Shown here one piece after another: positions 63,109-64,000 of a stretch of 64,000 nt of DNA; positions within the stretch are counted from its first letter, which is position 1; the number at the start of each line of letters is the position of its first letter. The stretch is taken from assembly GCA_043228905.1 (NCBI GenBank), contig JBHGNT010000015.1, positions 18,042,001-18,106,000 on the forward strand, in the 5' to 3' direction. This DNA is from Azolla caroliniana. Taxonomy: Eukaryota; Plantae; Polypodiophyta. A program made the position numbers and the translations under genes. The notes beneath the pieces are model-generated. The model saw only the letters and a list, made by a program, of their open reading frames with translations. It did not search any database and was not told where the DNA came from.

Positions 63109-64000
63109 ATGGCATCTAGTGAAATAAGATATCTCATTAGATAACTATCTAATCAAGAGGTGAGAAAATTGGGGTTTTAACCCAAGATGTGTTAACAACT
63201 TATTGCTTGGTTAATTAAGCTAATTATGATAATAAATAAATAGAGAGAGAGAGAGAGAGAGTGTGTGTGTGTGCGCGCGCGCTTTTGTTGTTTGGACAAA
63301 TGGCTGCAAGGAAGCCCCACCAGGAAGAGCGAGAAGCAGGAAGTGTTGTCGCATGTTAACCATAGATGTAGTTGAGAGGAGAGTAGGTGTGTCTCGTCCG
63401 ACCGCGTCTATTTTGTTGTCCGCCCGCCAAAAAGGAAAGGGCGTGTTTCATTTGTGGAGAAAGTAAAGAGGTTATACCAACTTGTTGTGCGTTCTTATGA
63501 TTATTGTTGCGCCTATTCACACAGAAAAACAGAATGATGAAGTTGTTCTCCCGAGTCCCAATTTCGATTCATTCGATAGTATGGTGGCATTGGCGTCCAC
63601 GCCATCTTTATTTTCTCGAGAGCTTGGGTATGGTGTTAACCTTTTTTTATCCTTTTCGCAGAGTTTCTTGAACATGTGCACTTGTACACACTTTTCGGCC
63701 CCCTCCTTAGAAGAGAAACGAGAATTCATCCACATAGCAAAAACCGTGCACATGAGAAGGTAAAGAAACGCCCCTCTCATTTCAATACTATTTGTTTAAA
63801 TGTGTCGTATGGTATCAATAATATGTTTCTTGTATTTCTATCAAGGTGAAAGAAAGAAAGAAAGAAATTTGGCATAAATGAACGACGTGACATTAGAAAG
63901 GTAAGTCATTGAAAGCGTTACGAAGGAACTCAAATGGGAAAAAATGGCTTTTGTAGTGAAAAAGTAATTACCATGTGATCTTGCAACGGAAATAATCGCG

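Overview
Land-plant nuclear DNA, probably from a non-seed plant such as a fern; this is inferred from the retroelement type, the PLS-class PPR gene and the GA/GT-rich flanks. Six host genes are present: a DUF599 membrane protein (-), V-ATPase subunit H (-), proteasome lid subunit RPN9 (+), a kinase-less BUB1/MAD3-family (BMF3-like) checkpoint protein (-), an intronless PLS-class PPR protein (-) and a COP1-interacting protein 7-like gene (-). Between VHA-H and RPN9 lie a deleted Ty1/copia element (17807-21756, TSD CATAT) and a Ty3/gypsy element (23114-31682, TSD ACGT, tRNA-Trp PBS). The gypsy element carries a nested 1.2-kb solo-LTR-like insert and a ~780-bp internal inverted duplication. The most unusual signal is a tRNA-type Pol III unit (A box, B box, oligo-T) at a similar antisense position near the U3 end in both gypsy LTRs and in the dissimilar nested LTR-like insert, with a related free-standing copy at ~63.0 kb. 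All coordinates and mismatch counts were read by eye and should be confirmed by alignment.
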